Shown here piece after piece: positions 55,834 to 64,000 of a stretch of 64,000 bases of DNA. Source of the stretch: Rhodocyclaceae bacterium (GTDB lineage: Bacteria; Pseudomonadota; Gammaproteobacteria; Burkholderiales; Rhodocyclaceae); assembly GCA_018261935.1 (NCBI GenBank), contig JAGTRP010000014.1, forward strand, positions 27,855 to 91,854, written 5' to 3'. How positions within the stretch are numbered: the stretch's first letter is position 1; the number at the start of each line of letters is the position of its first letter. The translations under genes and the position numbers were made by a program. Below the pieces are notes generated by a model. That model was not told the DNA's origin, did not search any database, and worked only from the letters and a program-made list of their open reading frames with translations.

Positions 55834-58394
55834 CCGGAAAAACCTACCAACTGGAAGTCAATCCCAAGATTCCCCCGCGCCTGGAGCGCCTGGAGGAGCT
55901 GGCCAACAACCTCTGGTACAGTTGGGACCGCCCCACCCGATTCCTGTTTTCAAGCCTTTCCCGCGCCCTGTGGGCCGCAGTGGGCCACAACCCCAAGGCT
56001 TTCCTGAAGCGGGTGGACCAGAAGCGCCTGGAGGCCGCAGCCGAAAACCCGGTCTTCCTGGGCAGCCTCAACCGGGTCCTGTCGGCCTACGACACCTACC
56101 ACGAGCTGCACACCACCCAATACAGCCGCCAGTTCCGCGACGACGACCTGATCGCCTACTTCTGCGCCGAATTCGGCTTCCACGAGAGCCTGCCCATCTA
56201 TTCCGGCGGCCTCGGCATCCTGGCCGGCGATCACTGCAAGGCCGCCAGCGACATGGGGCTGCCCTTCATCGGCGTCGGCATCCTCTACCGGCAGGGCTAT
56301 TTCCACCAGTCCCTGGACGCCGACGGCGGCCAGCACGCCGCCTACACCGATTCGGAATTCGACGACCTGCCGGTTTCCCCGGTACTCGACGCCGAGGGCC
56401 ATCCCGTCTATGTCGGCGTGGACCTGCCCGGGCGCACCGTCCGGGCCAAGGTCTGGGAGGTGCGGGTGGGGCACGTGCGCCTCGTCCTCCTGGACACCTG
56501 GCTGCCGGAGAACTCCGCCCATGACCGGGAGATCACCCACCGTCTCTACGGCGGCGACCGCAACACCCGCATCGAGCAGGAAATCCTCCTCGGCGTCGGC
56601 GGCGTGCGGGCCCTGGCCGCCCTCGGCCTCAAGCCGACGGTCTGGCACATCAACGAGGGCCACGCCGCCTTCCTGATCCTGGAGCGCATCCGCAGCCTGA
56701 TCCAGGAAGGGGTGAGCTACCCGGCCGCCCTCGAGGCAGTGGCCTCGAACGTGGTCTTCACCACCCATACCCCGGTGCCGGCCGGCCACGACCATTTTTC
56801 CGAGGACATGATCCGGCACTATTTCGCCCGCTGGTGCCAGGAGCAGGGCACGTCCCCCGAAACCCTGATGGCCCTCGGCACCGAGCCCGGCCAGCCGGAA
56901 TTCAACATGACGGCCCTCGCCATCCGGGGCTCCCGCTACCACAACGGCGTCTCCCGCATCCACGGCGAGGTGACTTCCCGCATCTGCGCCCACCTGTGGC
57001 CCCAGATCGCGCCGGAAGAGAACCCCATCGACTACGTCACCAACGGCGTGCACATGCCCAGCTTCCTGGCCACCGAGTGGTACGAGACCTTCGACCGCTA
57101 CCTGGGGGTGGGCTGGCACCAGCGCCAGACCGACCCCGGCTGCTGGGAGAACATCCACCGCATCCCCGACCAGACCTTCTGGAGCATCCGCCAACTCCTC
57201 AAGGCCCAGCTCCTGCACCTGGTGCGGGACCGGGTGCGCATCCAGCACAACCGCAACCAGGGCTCCCCCGCCCACCTGGACCGCATCCTGCGGCTGGCCG
57301 ACCCGGCCAAGCCCAACGTGCTGACCATCGGCTTCGCCCGCCGCTTCGCCACCTACAAGCGGGCGGCCCTGCTGTTCCAGAATCCCCAGTGGCTGTACGA
57401 GATCATTTCCGACGAGGAACGGCCGGTGCTCTTCCTCTTTGCCGGCAAGGCCCACCCGGCCGACCAACCGGGCCAGGACATCATCCGCCGCATCACCGAA
57501 ATGGCCAGCCGCCAGGAATTCGAAGGCCGCATCCTCATGGTGGAGGGCTACGACCTGCACCTCTCCCGGCGCCTGGTCACCGGCGTCGACGTCTGGCTGA
57601 ACAATCCCATCTATCCCCTGGAGGCCTCCGGCACCTCGGGCATGAAGGCGGCCATGAACGGCGCCCTCAACCTCTCGGTCCTGGACGGCTGGTGGGGCGA
57701 AGGCTACCAGGAGAACCACGACGGCCCCAACGGCTGGGCCATCAAGCCGGCCTCCGGCACCCTGGACGAGGCCCGCCGGGATGCGGAGGAAGCCCGCACC
57801 CTGTACGAGATTCTCCAGGACCACGTCATTCCCACCTACTACCGCACCGGCCCCATGGGCTACTCGCCGGAATGGGTGGCCCTGGCCAAGTCTTCCATCG
57901 CCACCATCACCCCGCGCTTCAACGTCACCCGCATGGTGGGCGAATATGCGCAGAAGTTCTACGCTCCGGCAGCCCGCCAGGGCCGGCGCTACGCTGCCCA
58001 GCACTACGCCCCGTCCCTCGCCGTGGCCGAGTGGAAAGCCCGCATCCGCACCGCCTGGCCCGGGGTGCGCCTGAACCGCCTCGATACGCCGGTGCAGCGC
58101 CTGGGCTTCGGCGAAACCCTGCGCATCGAGGTGGCGGCCCAACTCAACGGCCTCTCCCCCGAGGACGTCACCGTCGAGCTCCTCTTCGCCCGCCGCCCGA
58201 TCAGCGACCACGTCGCCAGCCGTGCCCGCCACTACGAGCTCGCCCACGCCGGCCCCACCGACCGGGGCGAACATCTCTTCGTTCTGGACTTCACCCCGGA
58301 GCAGTGCGGTAAACTGGAATATCGTATTCGCATCTACCCGTCCCACCCGCTGCTCACCCACAAGTTCGAAACAGGGCTCATGGTATGGCTATAA
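55830..58394 (+). CDS. glgP: alpha-glucan phosphorylase (GT35)
   Basis: N-terminus LEELANNLWYSWD. PLP-lysine region EASGTSGMKAAMNGALN. ATGA overlap with the upstream gene. Confidence 0.9.
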   Translation: MTGKTYQLEVNPKIPPRLERLEELANNLWYSWDRPTRFLFSSLSRALWAAVGHNPKAFLKRVDQKRLEAAAENPVFLGSLNRVLSAYDTYHELHTTQYSRQFRDDDLIAYFCAEFGFHESLPIYSGGLGILAGDHCKAASDMGLPFIGVGILYRQGYFHQSLDADGGQHAAYTDSEFDDLPVSPVLDAEGHPVYVGVDLPGRTVRAKVWEVRVGHVRLVLLDTWLPENSAHDREITHRLYGGDRNTRIEQEILLGVGGVRALAALGLKPTVWHINEGHAAFLILERIRSLIQEGVSYPAALEAVASNVVFTTHTPVPAGHDHFSEDMIRHYFARWCQEQGTSPETLMALGTEPGQPEFNMTALAIRGSRYHNGVSRIHGEVTSRICAHLWPQIAPEENPIDYVTNGVHMPSFLATEWYETFDRYLGVGWHQRQTDPGCWENIHRIPDQTFWSIRQLLKAQLLHLVRDRVRIQHNRNQGSPAHLDRILRLADPAKPNVLTIGFARRFATYKRAALLFQNPQWLYEIISDEERPVLFLFAGKAHPADQPGQDIIRRITEMASRQEFEGRILMVEGYDLHLSRRLVTGVDVWLNNPIYPLEASGTSGMKAAMNGALNLSVLDGWWGEGYQENHDGPNGWAIKPASGTLDEARRDAEEARTLYEILQDHVIPTYYRTGPMGYSPEWVALAKSSIATITPRFNVTRMVGEYAQKFYAPAARQGRRYAAQHYAPSLAVAEWKARIRTAWPGVRLNRLDTPVQRLGFGETLRIEVAAQLNGLSPEDVTVELLFARRPISDHVASRARHYELAHAGPTDRGEHLFVLDFTPEQCGKLEYRIRIYPSHPLLTHKFETGLMVWL

Positions 58395-59983
58395 ATCTAA
58401 TAAACACCCCGGAGTGGCACGCCCTGGCGGCCCATGCCGAGGCCTTCGGAAACCGCCACCTGCGCGAGCTGTTCGCCGCCGATGGACAGCGCTTCGAGCA
58501 TTTTTCCCTGCGCCAAGGGGACCTCCTCCTGGATTTCTCCAAGCAGCGCGTCGGCGCCGACACCCTGGATCTCCTGCACCGCCTCGCCGCAGCGGCCGAC
58601 ATCCCGGGCTGGACAGCGAAAATGCGGGCCGGCGAGACCATCAACCATACCGAGGGCCGGGCCGTCCTCCACATCGCCCTGCGGGCCCCCCAGGGCAGCC
58701 CGGATGCCCGCCCGGAAGTGGCAGCGGTTCTCGACCGCCTGAGGTCCTTCTGCCACCGCATCCACGACGACACTTGGCGGGGCTTCTCGGGGCAGCGCAT
58801 CACCGATGTGGTCAACATCGGCATCGGCGGCTCCGACCTCGGCCCCCGCATGGCCGTCCGGGCCCTGGCGGCCCGCCAGCAGCCGGACCTCAAGCTCCAT
58901 TTCGTTTCCAATGTGGACGGTGCCGACTTGGCCGGCACCCTGGCCGGGCTCAATCCCCGCACCACCCTCTTCATCGTCGCCTCCAAGACCTTCACCACCC
59001 TGGAGACCATGGCCAACGCCTGCAGCGCCCGCGACTGGCTGGTGGCGGCCGCTGGCAGCCAGGCGGCGGTGGCCCGCCACTTCGTCGCCGTTTCCACCAA
59101 CCTCAAGGCCACCTCGGACTTCGGCATCCCCCCCGAGAATGTTTTCGAATTCTGGGACTGGGTGGGCGGCCGCTTCTCCCTGTGGTCGGCCATCGGCCTG
59201 CCCCTGGCCCTGGCCATCGGCTTCCAGCAGTTCGAGGAACTGCTGGCCGGGGCCCACGCCATGGACGAACATTTCTTCTCGGCCCCAGCGGCGGAAAACC
59301 TGCCCCTGACCCTCGCCCTCCTCGACCTCTGGAACACCGACTTCCTGGACGCCTGCTCCCATGCCGTCCTGCCCTACAGCCAGTCCCTGGGGTTGCTGCC
59401 GGCCTATCTCGAGCAGCTGGAGATGGAAAGCAACGGCAAACAGGTGAATCGGGAGGGCCAGCCGGTGGGTGTGGCCACCGCCCCGATCCTCTGGGGCGAG
59501 GCCGGCACCAGTGGGCAGCACTCCTTCTACCAGCTCCTCCACCAGGGGGGGCGACTCATTCCCTGCGACTTCATCCTCCTCAAGGAAGCCGACTTCCCGC
59601 TCCCCGGCCACCATGAGCAGCTCCTGGCCAATTGCCTCGCCCAGTCGGCGGCATTGGCCTTCGGCCAGACGGAAGAGGAAGCGCGGGCCGCCGGCGCCTC
59701 CGCAGCCCTGGCGCCCTACAAGGTCTTCCCCGGCAATCAGCCTTCCAGCACCCTGGTCCTGCCCGCCCTTTCGCCCTTCGCCCTCGGCCAGCTGGTGGCC
59801 CTCTACGAGCACAAGGTCTTCTGCCTGGGCATCCTGTGGGGCATCAATTCCTTCGACCAGTGGGGAGTCGAGCTGGGCAAGCAGCTGGCCGGGCGCCTGA
59901 CGCCGATGCTGGCCGGGAAGGGAGGCGACGCCCTTTTCGACGCCTCCACCCGGGGCCTCATGGCCGCCCTGAGGCAATCATGA
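58385..59983 (+). CDS. pgi: glucose-6-phosphate isomerase
   Basis: 532 aa. VVNIGIGGSDLGP, FWDWVGGRFSLWSAIG, LEMESNGK. Confidence 0.95.
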   Translation: MAINLINTPEWHALAAHAEAFGNRHLRELFAADGQRFEHFSLRQGDLLLDFSKQRVGADTLDLLHRLAAAADIPGWTAKMRAGETINHTEGRAVLHIALRAPQGSPDARPEVAAVLDRLRSFCHRIHDDTWRGFSGQRITDVVNIGIGGSDLGPRMAVRALAARQQPDLKLHFVSNVDGADLAGTLAGLNPRTTLFIVASKTFTTLETMANACSARDWLVAAAGSQAAVARHFVAVSTNLKATSDFGIPPENVFEFWDWVGGRFSLWSAIGLPLALAIGFQQFEELLAGAHAMDEHFFSAPAAENLPLTLALLDLWNTDFLDACSHAVLPYSQSLGLLPAYLEQLEMESNGKQVNREGQPVGVATAPILWGEAGTSGQHSFYQLLHQGGRLIPCDFILLKEADFPLPGHHEQLLANCLAQSAALAFGQTEEEARAAGASAALAPYKVFPGNQPSSTLVLPALSPFALGQLVALYEHKVFCLGILWGINSFDQWGVELGKQLAGRLTPMLAGKGGDALFDASTRGLMAALRQS

Positions 59984-61437
59984 GCCGGCTCTCCATCCTT
60001 TTCGCAGCCTCGGAGATGGCCCCCTGGGTCAAGACCGGCGGCCTCGGCGACGTGGCTGCCGCGCTGCCGGCCGCCCTGGCCAAGGCCCAGCAGGATATCC
60101 GCGTCCTGCTGCCCTGCTATCCCGCCCTGCGCGCAGCCTTCCCGGCGGCGAAAGAAGTGGCCCTGCTGCCGGCCCTGGCGCCGCTGCTGCCCCCGGCCCG
60201 GCTGCTGGCGGCGGACGCCGACGGCCTGCCGCTCCTGCTCGTCGACTGCCCGCAGCTCTACGACCGGCCCGGCAATCCCTATGTCGATACCCATGGCCGC
60301 GACTGGACCGACAACGGCCTGCGCTTCGGGCTGCTGTCCCGGGTCGCCGCCCTCCTGGGCCAATCCCATTCGCCCCTGGACTGGCGGCCCGACGTGGTCC
60401 ACGCGAACGACTGGCAGACCGCCCTGGCGCCGGCTTTCCTGCATTACGAAGGCGGCGCCGCCAGCGTCCTGACTGTGCACAACGTCTCCTTCCCGGGCTG
60501 CTTCGACCCCCACCTCCTGCACGGCCTCGGCCTGCCGGATCGGGCCTGGCGCTTTGACGGCGTGGAGTACCACGGCAATCTCTGCTTCCTGAAAGCCGGC
60601 CTCCAGCTGGCCCCCCTGATTTCCACCGTCAGCCCCACCTACGCCCGGGAAATCCAGGACAAACACTTCGGCTACGGCCTCGCGCCCCTGCTGCACTACC
60701 GGGCCGACGCCCTGCGGGGCATCCTGAACGGCATCGACGACGCGATCTGGAACCCGGCCACCGACCCGGCCCTGGAAGCCCCCTATGCCGCCAACCGCCT
60801 GGCCAGCAAGCGCCAGAACAAGGCGGCCCTGCAGGCCCAGCTCGGCCTGGCGGTGCGGGACGACGTGCCGCTCTTCGGCGTGATCAGCCGGCTGACCCAC
60901 CAAAAGGGCGTCGATCTCCTCCACCCCCTGGGAAAGGCCATCACCCACCTGCCGGCCCAGCTCGTGGTGCTGGGGAGCGGCGAGAAGGAACTGGAAGCGG
61001 GCTTCCGGGAACTGGCCGAGCCCCACCCCGACGCGGTCTCGGTCACGGTCGGCTTCAACGAGACCCTGGCCCACCGCATCGAAGCCGGCGCCGACATCTT
61101 CGTCATGCCTTCCCGCTTCGAGCCCTGCGGCCTCAACCAGATGTACAGCCTCGCCTACGGCACGCCGCCCGTGGTGCGCGCCACCGGCGGCCTGGCCGAC
61201 ACGGTGGTGGATGTGAACGAGGCGACGCTTCTGGACAAGACCGCCAACGGCTTCGTCTTCCACCATCCCTCGTCCCACGACCTGTGGATTGCCATGGAAC
61301 GGGCTGCCCGGGCCTGGAAGGATCGCCGCACCTGGCTGCGCATCCAGCAGAACGGCATGCGCAACGATTTTTCCTGGCGCCATGCCGCCGGCGAGTATCT
61401 CCAACTCTATAGGGACGCTGTGGCCGCTCGTGGTTAA
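59980..61437 (+). CDS. glgA: glycogen synthase (ADP-glucose type)
   Basis: ATG at 59980 overlaps the pgi stop (ATGA). APWVKTGGLGDVAAALP, and C-terminus PSRFEPCGLNQMY. Confidence 0.95.
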   Translation: MSRLSILFAASEMAPWVKTGGLGDVAAALPAALAKAQQDIRVLLPCYPALRAAFPAAKEVALLPALAPLLPPARLLAADADGLPLLLVDCPQLYDRPGNPYVDTHGRDWTDNGLRFGLLSRVAALLGQSHSPLDWRPDVVHANDWQTALAPAFLHYEGGAASVLTVHNVSFPGCFDPHLLHGLGLPDRAWRFDGVEYHGNLCFLKAGLQLAPLISTVSPTYAREIQDKHFGYGLAPLLHYRADALRGILNGIDDAIWNPATDPALEAPYAANRLASKRQNKAALQAQLGLAVRDDVPLFGVISRLTHQKGVDLLHPLGKAITHLPAQLVVLGSGEKELEAGFRELAEPHPDAVSVTVGFNETLAHRIEAGADIFVMPSRFEPCGLNQMYSLAYGTPPVVRATGGLADTVVDVNEATLLDKTANGFVFHHPSSHDLWIAMERAARAWKDRRTWLRIQQNGMRNDFSWRHAAGEYLQLYRDAVAARG

Positions 61438-61446
61438 ATAGCGGCC

Positions 61447-61941
61447 ATGCCGAAACTGACCCTCGTCGTCGCCATCGCCAAGAACCGCGTCATCGGACGC
61501 GACAACCAGCTGCCCTGGCATCTGCCGGAGGACCTGCAGCACTTCAAGGCCATCACCCAGGGGCACCCCGTGCTCATGGGGCGCAAGACCTGGGAGTCCC
61601 TGCCCCCCCGCTTCCGGCCCCTGCCCGGCCGGCGCAATATCGTCATCAGCCGCCAGGCCGGCTACGCCGCCCCCGGCGCCGAGGTGGCCGAGTCGATCCC
61701 GGCAGCCCTGGCCCTGGCCGGCGACGAGGACGTGGCCTGCGTCATCGGCGGCGCCGATATCTTCGCCGCCACCCTGCCGGCAGCGGACACCCTGGAAATC
61801 ACCGAGGTGAACCTGGAGCCGGCAGGGGATACCTGGTTTCCCGCCTTCTCCGCCGATGAATGGCGGGAGGCGGCGCGGGAATCCCACGTCAGCCAGGGCG
61901 GCATCGGCTACTCGTTCGTCACTTACCAACGCATTCGCTAG
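61447..61941 (+). CDS. folA: dihydrofolate reductase
   Basis: LVVAIAKNRVIGRDNQLPWHLPEDLQHFKAIT…MGRKTWESLP. 164 aa. Confidence 0.9.
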   Translation: MPKLTLVVAIAKNRVIGRDNQLPWHLPEDLQHFKAITQGHPVLMGRKTWESLPPRFRPLPGRRNIVISRQAGYAAPGAEVAESIPAALALAGDEDVACVIGGADIFAATLPAADTLEITEVNLEPAGDTWFPAFSADEWREAARESHVSQGGIGYSFVTYQRIR

Positions 61942-61959
61942 AACATTCGGGAGGTTTTC

Positions 61960-62532
61960 ATGTCCGGACACGGTTTTCATGTCCACGGTCCCCATGACCA
62001 TGCCGTCGAACACGCCAGCCATGGCAGCGACGATTTCGCCTCGAAGGTCGCGGTCATGACCGCGGTCTTATCTACGGTAGGCGCCCTTTTCGCCTACGAG
62101 GGCGGCGCCACCCAGAACGATGCCCTGCTGCACAAGAACATGGCGGCCATCAAGAAGACGGAAGCGTCCAACCACTGGAACTACTACCAGGCCAAGAGCA
62201 ACAAGCAGAACCTGGCCGAACTGGCGGTGGCCCTGAACGACGGCGAGAACAAGACCCGCTACCAGCAGGAGGTCGAGCGCTACAAGACCGAGAAGGCGGA
62301 CATCAAGAAGGAAGCGGAAGCGCTCGAAGCCGAGGTGAAGGAATTCAACCAGAAGAGCGACGAGTCCATGCACCTGCACCATCGCTGGGCCCAGGCCATG
62401 ACCGCCGTCCAGATCGCCATCTCCCTGGCCGCCATCTCCCTGCTGACCCGCAAGAAGTGGCTCAATTACGTGACGTATACCGCCGCCGGCGCGGGCGGGG
62501 TGCTGGCCGCCCTGGCCATGGTCCACGTCTGA
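61960..62532 (+). CDS. DUF4337-like membrane protein with His-rich N-terminus
   Basis: SD GGGAGG. MSGHGFHVHGPHDHAVEHASHG, a coiled-coil middle (NHWNYYQAKSNKQ…) and two TM segments. Confidence 0.7.
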   Translation: MSGHGFHVHGPHDHAVEHASHGSDDFASKVAVMTAVLSTVGALFAYEGGATQNDALLHKNMAAIKKTEASNHWNYYQAKSNKQNLAELAVALNDGENKTRYQQEVERYKTEKADIKKEAEALEAEVKEFNQKSDESMHLHHRWAQAMTAVQIAISLAAISLLTRKKWLNYVTYTAAGAGGVLAALAMVHV

Positions 62533-62573
62533 TACAGGTTGTTTCTTTGCGCCCGAGCGATTGGGCGGAACTG

Positions 62574-62599
62574 CGGCCCGGGGACTCCGGGCCGTTTTT
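62574..62599 (+). terminator. rho-independent terminator
   Basis: 8-bp stem CGGCCCGG/CCGGGCCG, 5-nt loop, followed by TTTTT. 42 nt after the DUF4337 stop. Confidence 0.7.
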
Positions 62600-62659
62600 G
62601 TTTGGTTTCCCCGGGAATCGGCAGGGAAGTCCCCGGCAGATAGGGGGCGGGTAAAGCCT

Positions 62660-62965
62660 CTACGCAGCCCTCTGCATTGGGCGTACTTCCTCGGCAATCT
62701 TTCCGCCCACCTGTTTTTCCACCTGTTTCAGGTCAAAGGCAGTTTGCAGGTTGAGCCAGAATTGCGCGGTCGTGTCGAAGAAGCGGGCCAGCCGCAAGGC
62801 AGTGTCCGGCGTCACCCCTCGGCGCTCGCGCACAATGTCGTTGATCCTCGGTGCCGGCACATGCAGGGCGAGCGCCAACGCATTGGCGCTCATCCCCAGG
62901 GGAACGAGGAATTCCTCCCGGAGAATTTCACCGGGGTGAATCGGGCGCATCTTGTTGGTAGCCAT
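62660..62965 (-). CDS. higA: HigA family antitoxin (XRE-type HTH)
   Basis: PIHPGEILREEFLVPLGMSANALALALHVPAPRINDIVRERRGVTPDTALRLARFF. Confidence 0.85.
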   Translation of the reverse strand: MATNKMRPIHPGEILREEFLVPLGMSANALALALHVPAPRINDIVRERRGVTPDTALRLARFFDTTAQFWLNLQTAFDLKQVEKQVGGKIAEEVRPMQRAA

Positions 62966-62979
62966 GCCGCACCTCTCTT

Positions 62980-63261
62980 TCAGTGGTAATCCACGATTTC
63001 AACGCAGTCCGCGCCGGCCGCAGTCCAAACGAAGCACACACGCCACTGGTCGTTGATGCGGATGCTGTATTGGTCAGCGCGATCCCCGTGTAATGCTTCC
63101 AAGCGGTTACCTGGGGGGGAGCGCAAATCCTTCAACTCCACCGCATCGTCCAGCATTTGCAGCTTTCGTTGCGCGACGCTTGCGATGTTCCGAAACCGCT
63201 TGGGGCTTGCCCCTTCGTAAAGTGCTTGGGTGTCGGCGCACCGGAATGAGCGAATCGTCAT
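62980..63261 (-). CDS. higB: HigB-type toxin (RelE/ParE superfamily, 'plasmid maintenance system killer')
   Basis: MTIRSFRCADTQALYEG…PGNRLEALHGDRADQYSIRINDQWRVCFVW. Toxin gene precedes antitoxin, as in higBA. Confidence 0.8.
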   Translation of the reverse strand: MTIRSFRCADTQALYEGASPKRFRNIASVAQRKLQMLDDAVELKDLRSPPGNRLEALHGDRADQYSIRINDQWRVCFVWTAAGADCVEIVDYH

Positions 63262-63267
63262 GAGCAA

Positions 63268-63295
63268 ATTATATAACGCCGCACGTTAAATGCAA
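63268..63295 (-). promoter_or_regulatory. putative sigma70 promoter with embedded inverted repeat for higBA (leaderless transcript predicted)
   Basis: Minus strand: TTGCAT (63295-63290), 16-nt spacer containing TAACG-N5-CGTTA, TATAAT (63273-63268). The ATG follows 6 nt later. Confidence 0.4.
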
Positions 63296-63365
63296 GACGA
63301 TCACCCATCGACTCCACGTTGGGGGCGTCAGCGCTTAGAGCGCCTTCCTCTTCTTCCTCTCCGCC

Positions 63366-64000
63366 TTACCTCACACAATCCACGTGATACCGCCCATCCT
63401 CCCCCTTCACCAGACCATGGACATCCGTCTCGAACCCCGGGAAGCGGGCATTGAACTCCCGGGCGAACTTCAGGTAATTGACGATGGTGCGGTTGAAGCG
63501 CTCCCCCGGGATCAATAAGGGAATTCCCGGCGGATAGGGCGTCAGCAGGACCGCCGTGACCCGGCCTTCCAGTTCATCCACCGATACCCGCTCGATTTCC
63601 CGGTGGGCCATCTTGGCGAAGGCGTCGGCCGGACGCATGGCGGGCTCCATGTTGGACAGGTACATCTCGGTGGTGAGCCGGGCCACGTCGTTAGCCTTAT
63701 AGTAGCCGTGGATCTCCTTGCAGAGGTCCTTCAGGCCCACCCGCTCGTAGCGGGGATGCTTCTGGACGAATTCCGGCAGCACCTTCCACAGGGGCTGGTT
63801 CTTGTCGTAGTCGTCCTTGAACTGCTGCAGGGCGGTCACCAGGGTGTTCCAGCGGCCCTTGGTGATGCCGATGGTGAACATGATGAAGAAGCTGTAGAGG
63901 CCGCACTTCTCGACGATGACCCCGTGCTCCGCCAGGTACTTGGTGACGATGGCGGCCGGGATGCCGCGGTCGGCGAACTCGCCGTCCACGTCCAGTCCCG
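63366..64000 (-). CDS. Orn/Lys/Arg decarboxylase family protein, C-terminal part (5' end outside window)
   Basis: …GIPAAIVTKYLAEHGVIVEKCGLYSFFIMFTIGITKGRW… VLLTPYPPGIPLLIPGERF… matches the major and C-terminal domains of fold-I basic amino-acid decarboxylases. Confidence 0.85.
   Translation of the reverse strand, partial: GLDVDGEFADRGIPAAIVTKYLAEHGVIVEKCGLYSFFIMFTIGITKGRWNTLVTALQQFKDDYDKNQPLWKVLPEFVQKHPRYERVGLKDLCKEIHGYYKANDVARLTTEMYLSNMEPAMRPADAFAKMAHREIERVSVDELEGRVTAVLLTPYPPGIPLLIPGERFNRTIVNYLKFAREFNARFPGFETDVHGLVKGEDGRYHVDCVR

Noticed and set aside
52141-62022. Series of long minus-strand ORFs (52141-55803, 1220 aa; 55950-58361, 803 aa; 58397-59977, 526 aa; 59803-62022, 739 aa) opposite the glg operon.
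   Set aside because: These are codon-aligned antisense shadows of GH57, glgP, pgi, glgA and folA. They show no RBS or start context and have a repetitive G/A/E/V/P composition. Every one is fully covered by a strongly supported plus-strand gene.
1-64000. Search by eye for tRNA, rRNA, CRISPR repeats, IS/transposase or integrase genes, and long direct or inverted repeats.
   Set aside because: None found. All intergenic gaps are 281 bp or shorter and contain only promoters or hairpins. A computational scan (tRNAscan-SE, Infernal/Rfam, CRISPR finders, self-dot-plot) would be needed to exclude small RNAs or degenerate repeats.

Overview
High-GC, gene-dense chromosomal segment. Protein signatures and synteny suggest a betaproteobacterium, possibly Rhodocyclales-like, but this is inference only because no search was possible. 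I support about 64 CDS. I found no rRNA, tRNA, CRISPR array, integrase or IS element by eye.

Layout:
- (i) 1-5.4 kb: CBS fragment, HDOD protein, bioC-bioB, comF, and a PglL/Wzy_C-like O-oligosaccharyltransferase.
- (ii) 5.4-21.5 kb, minus strand: a complete 17-gene MSHA-type type IV pilus locus, mshEGF-BACDOPQ followed by mshI1-I2-JKLMN.
- (iii) 21.6-33.8 kb, core genes: trmL; gpsA-SH3-secB-grxC-rhodanese-arsR; envC-ctp-hypothetical-moeB; two tandem small secreted paralogs of unknown family; ribD-nrdR-glyA.
- (iv) 33.9-44.1 kb: TRAP transporter interrupted by an HD-GYP gene, pmbA/yjgA/mog, a 516-aa protein with a PilZ-like C-terminus, and an M17 aminopeptidase.
- (v) 44.2-62.5 kb: thyA-glk, then convergent glgB plus a secreted TPR-CHAT protease gene, then a tightly packed glgC-GH57-GH57-glgP-pgi-glgA-folA-DUF4337 operon.
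- (vi) higBA toxin-antitoxin module and the 3' part of an Orn/Lys/Arg decarboxylase gene.

I do not see a clear-cut novel multi-gene system. The best candidates for follow-up are:
- the tandem small secreted proteins with a shared C-terminal motif (29.3-30.2 kb);
- the signal-peptide TPR-CHAT protease apparently co-transcribed with glgB;
- the glycogen block that separates thyA from folA;
- the small ORF translationally coupled to moeB;
- the PilZ-like 516-aa protein;
- the PglL-like ligase abutting the MSHA locus.

The very long ORFs on the opposite strand of real genes are codon-aligned shadow ORFs, not genes.
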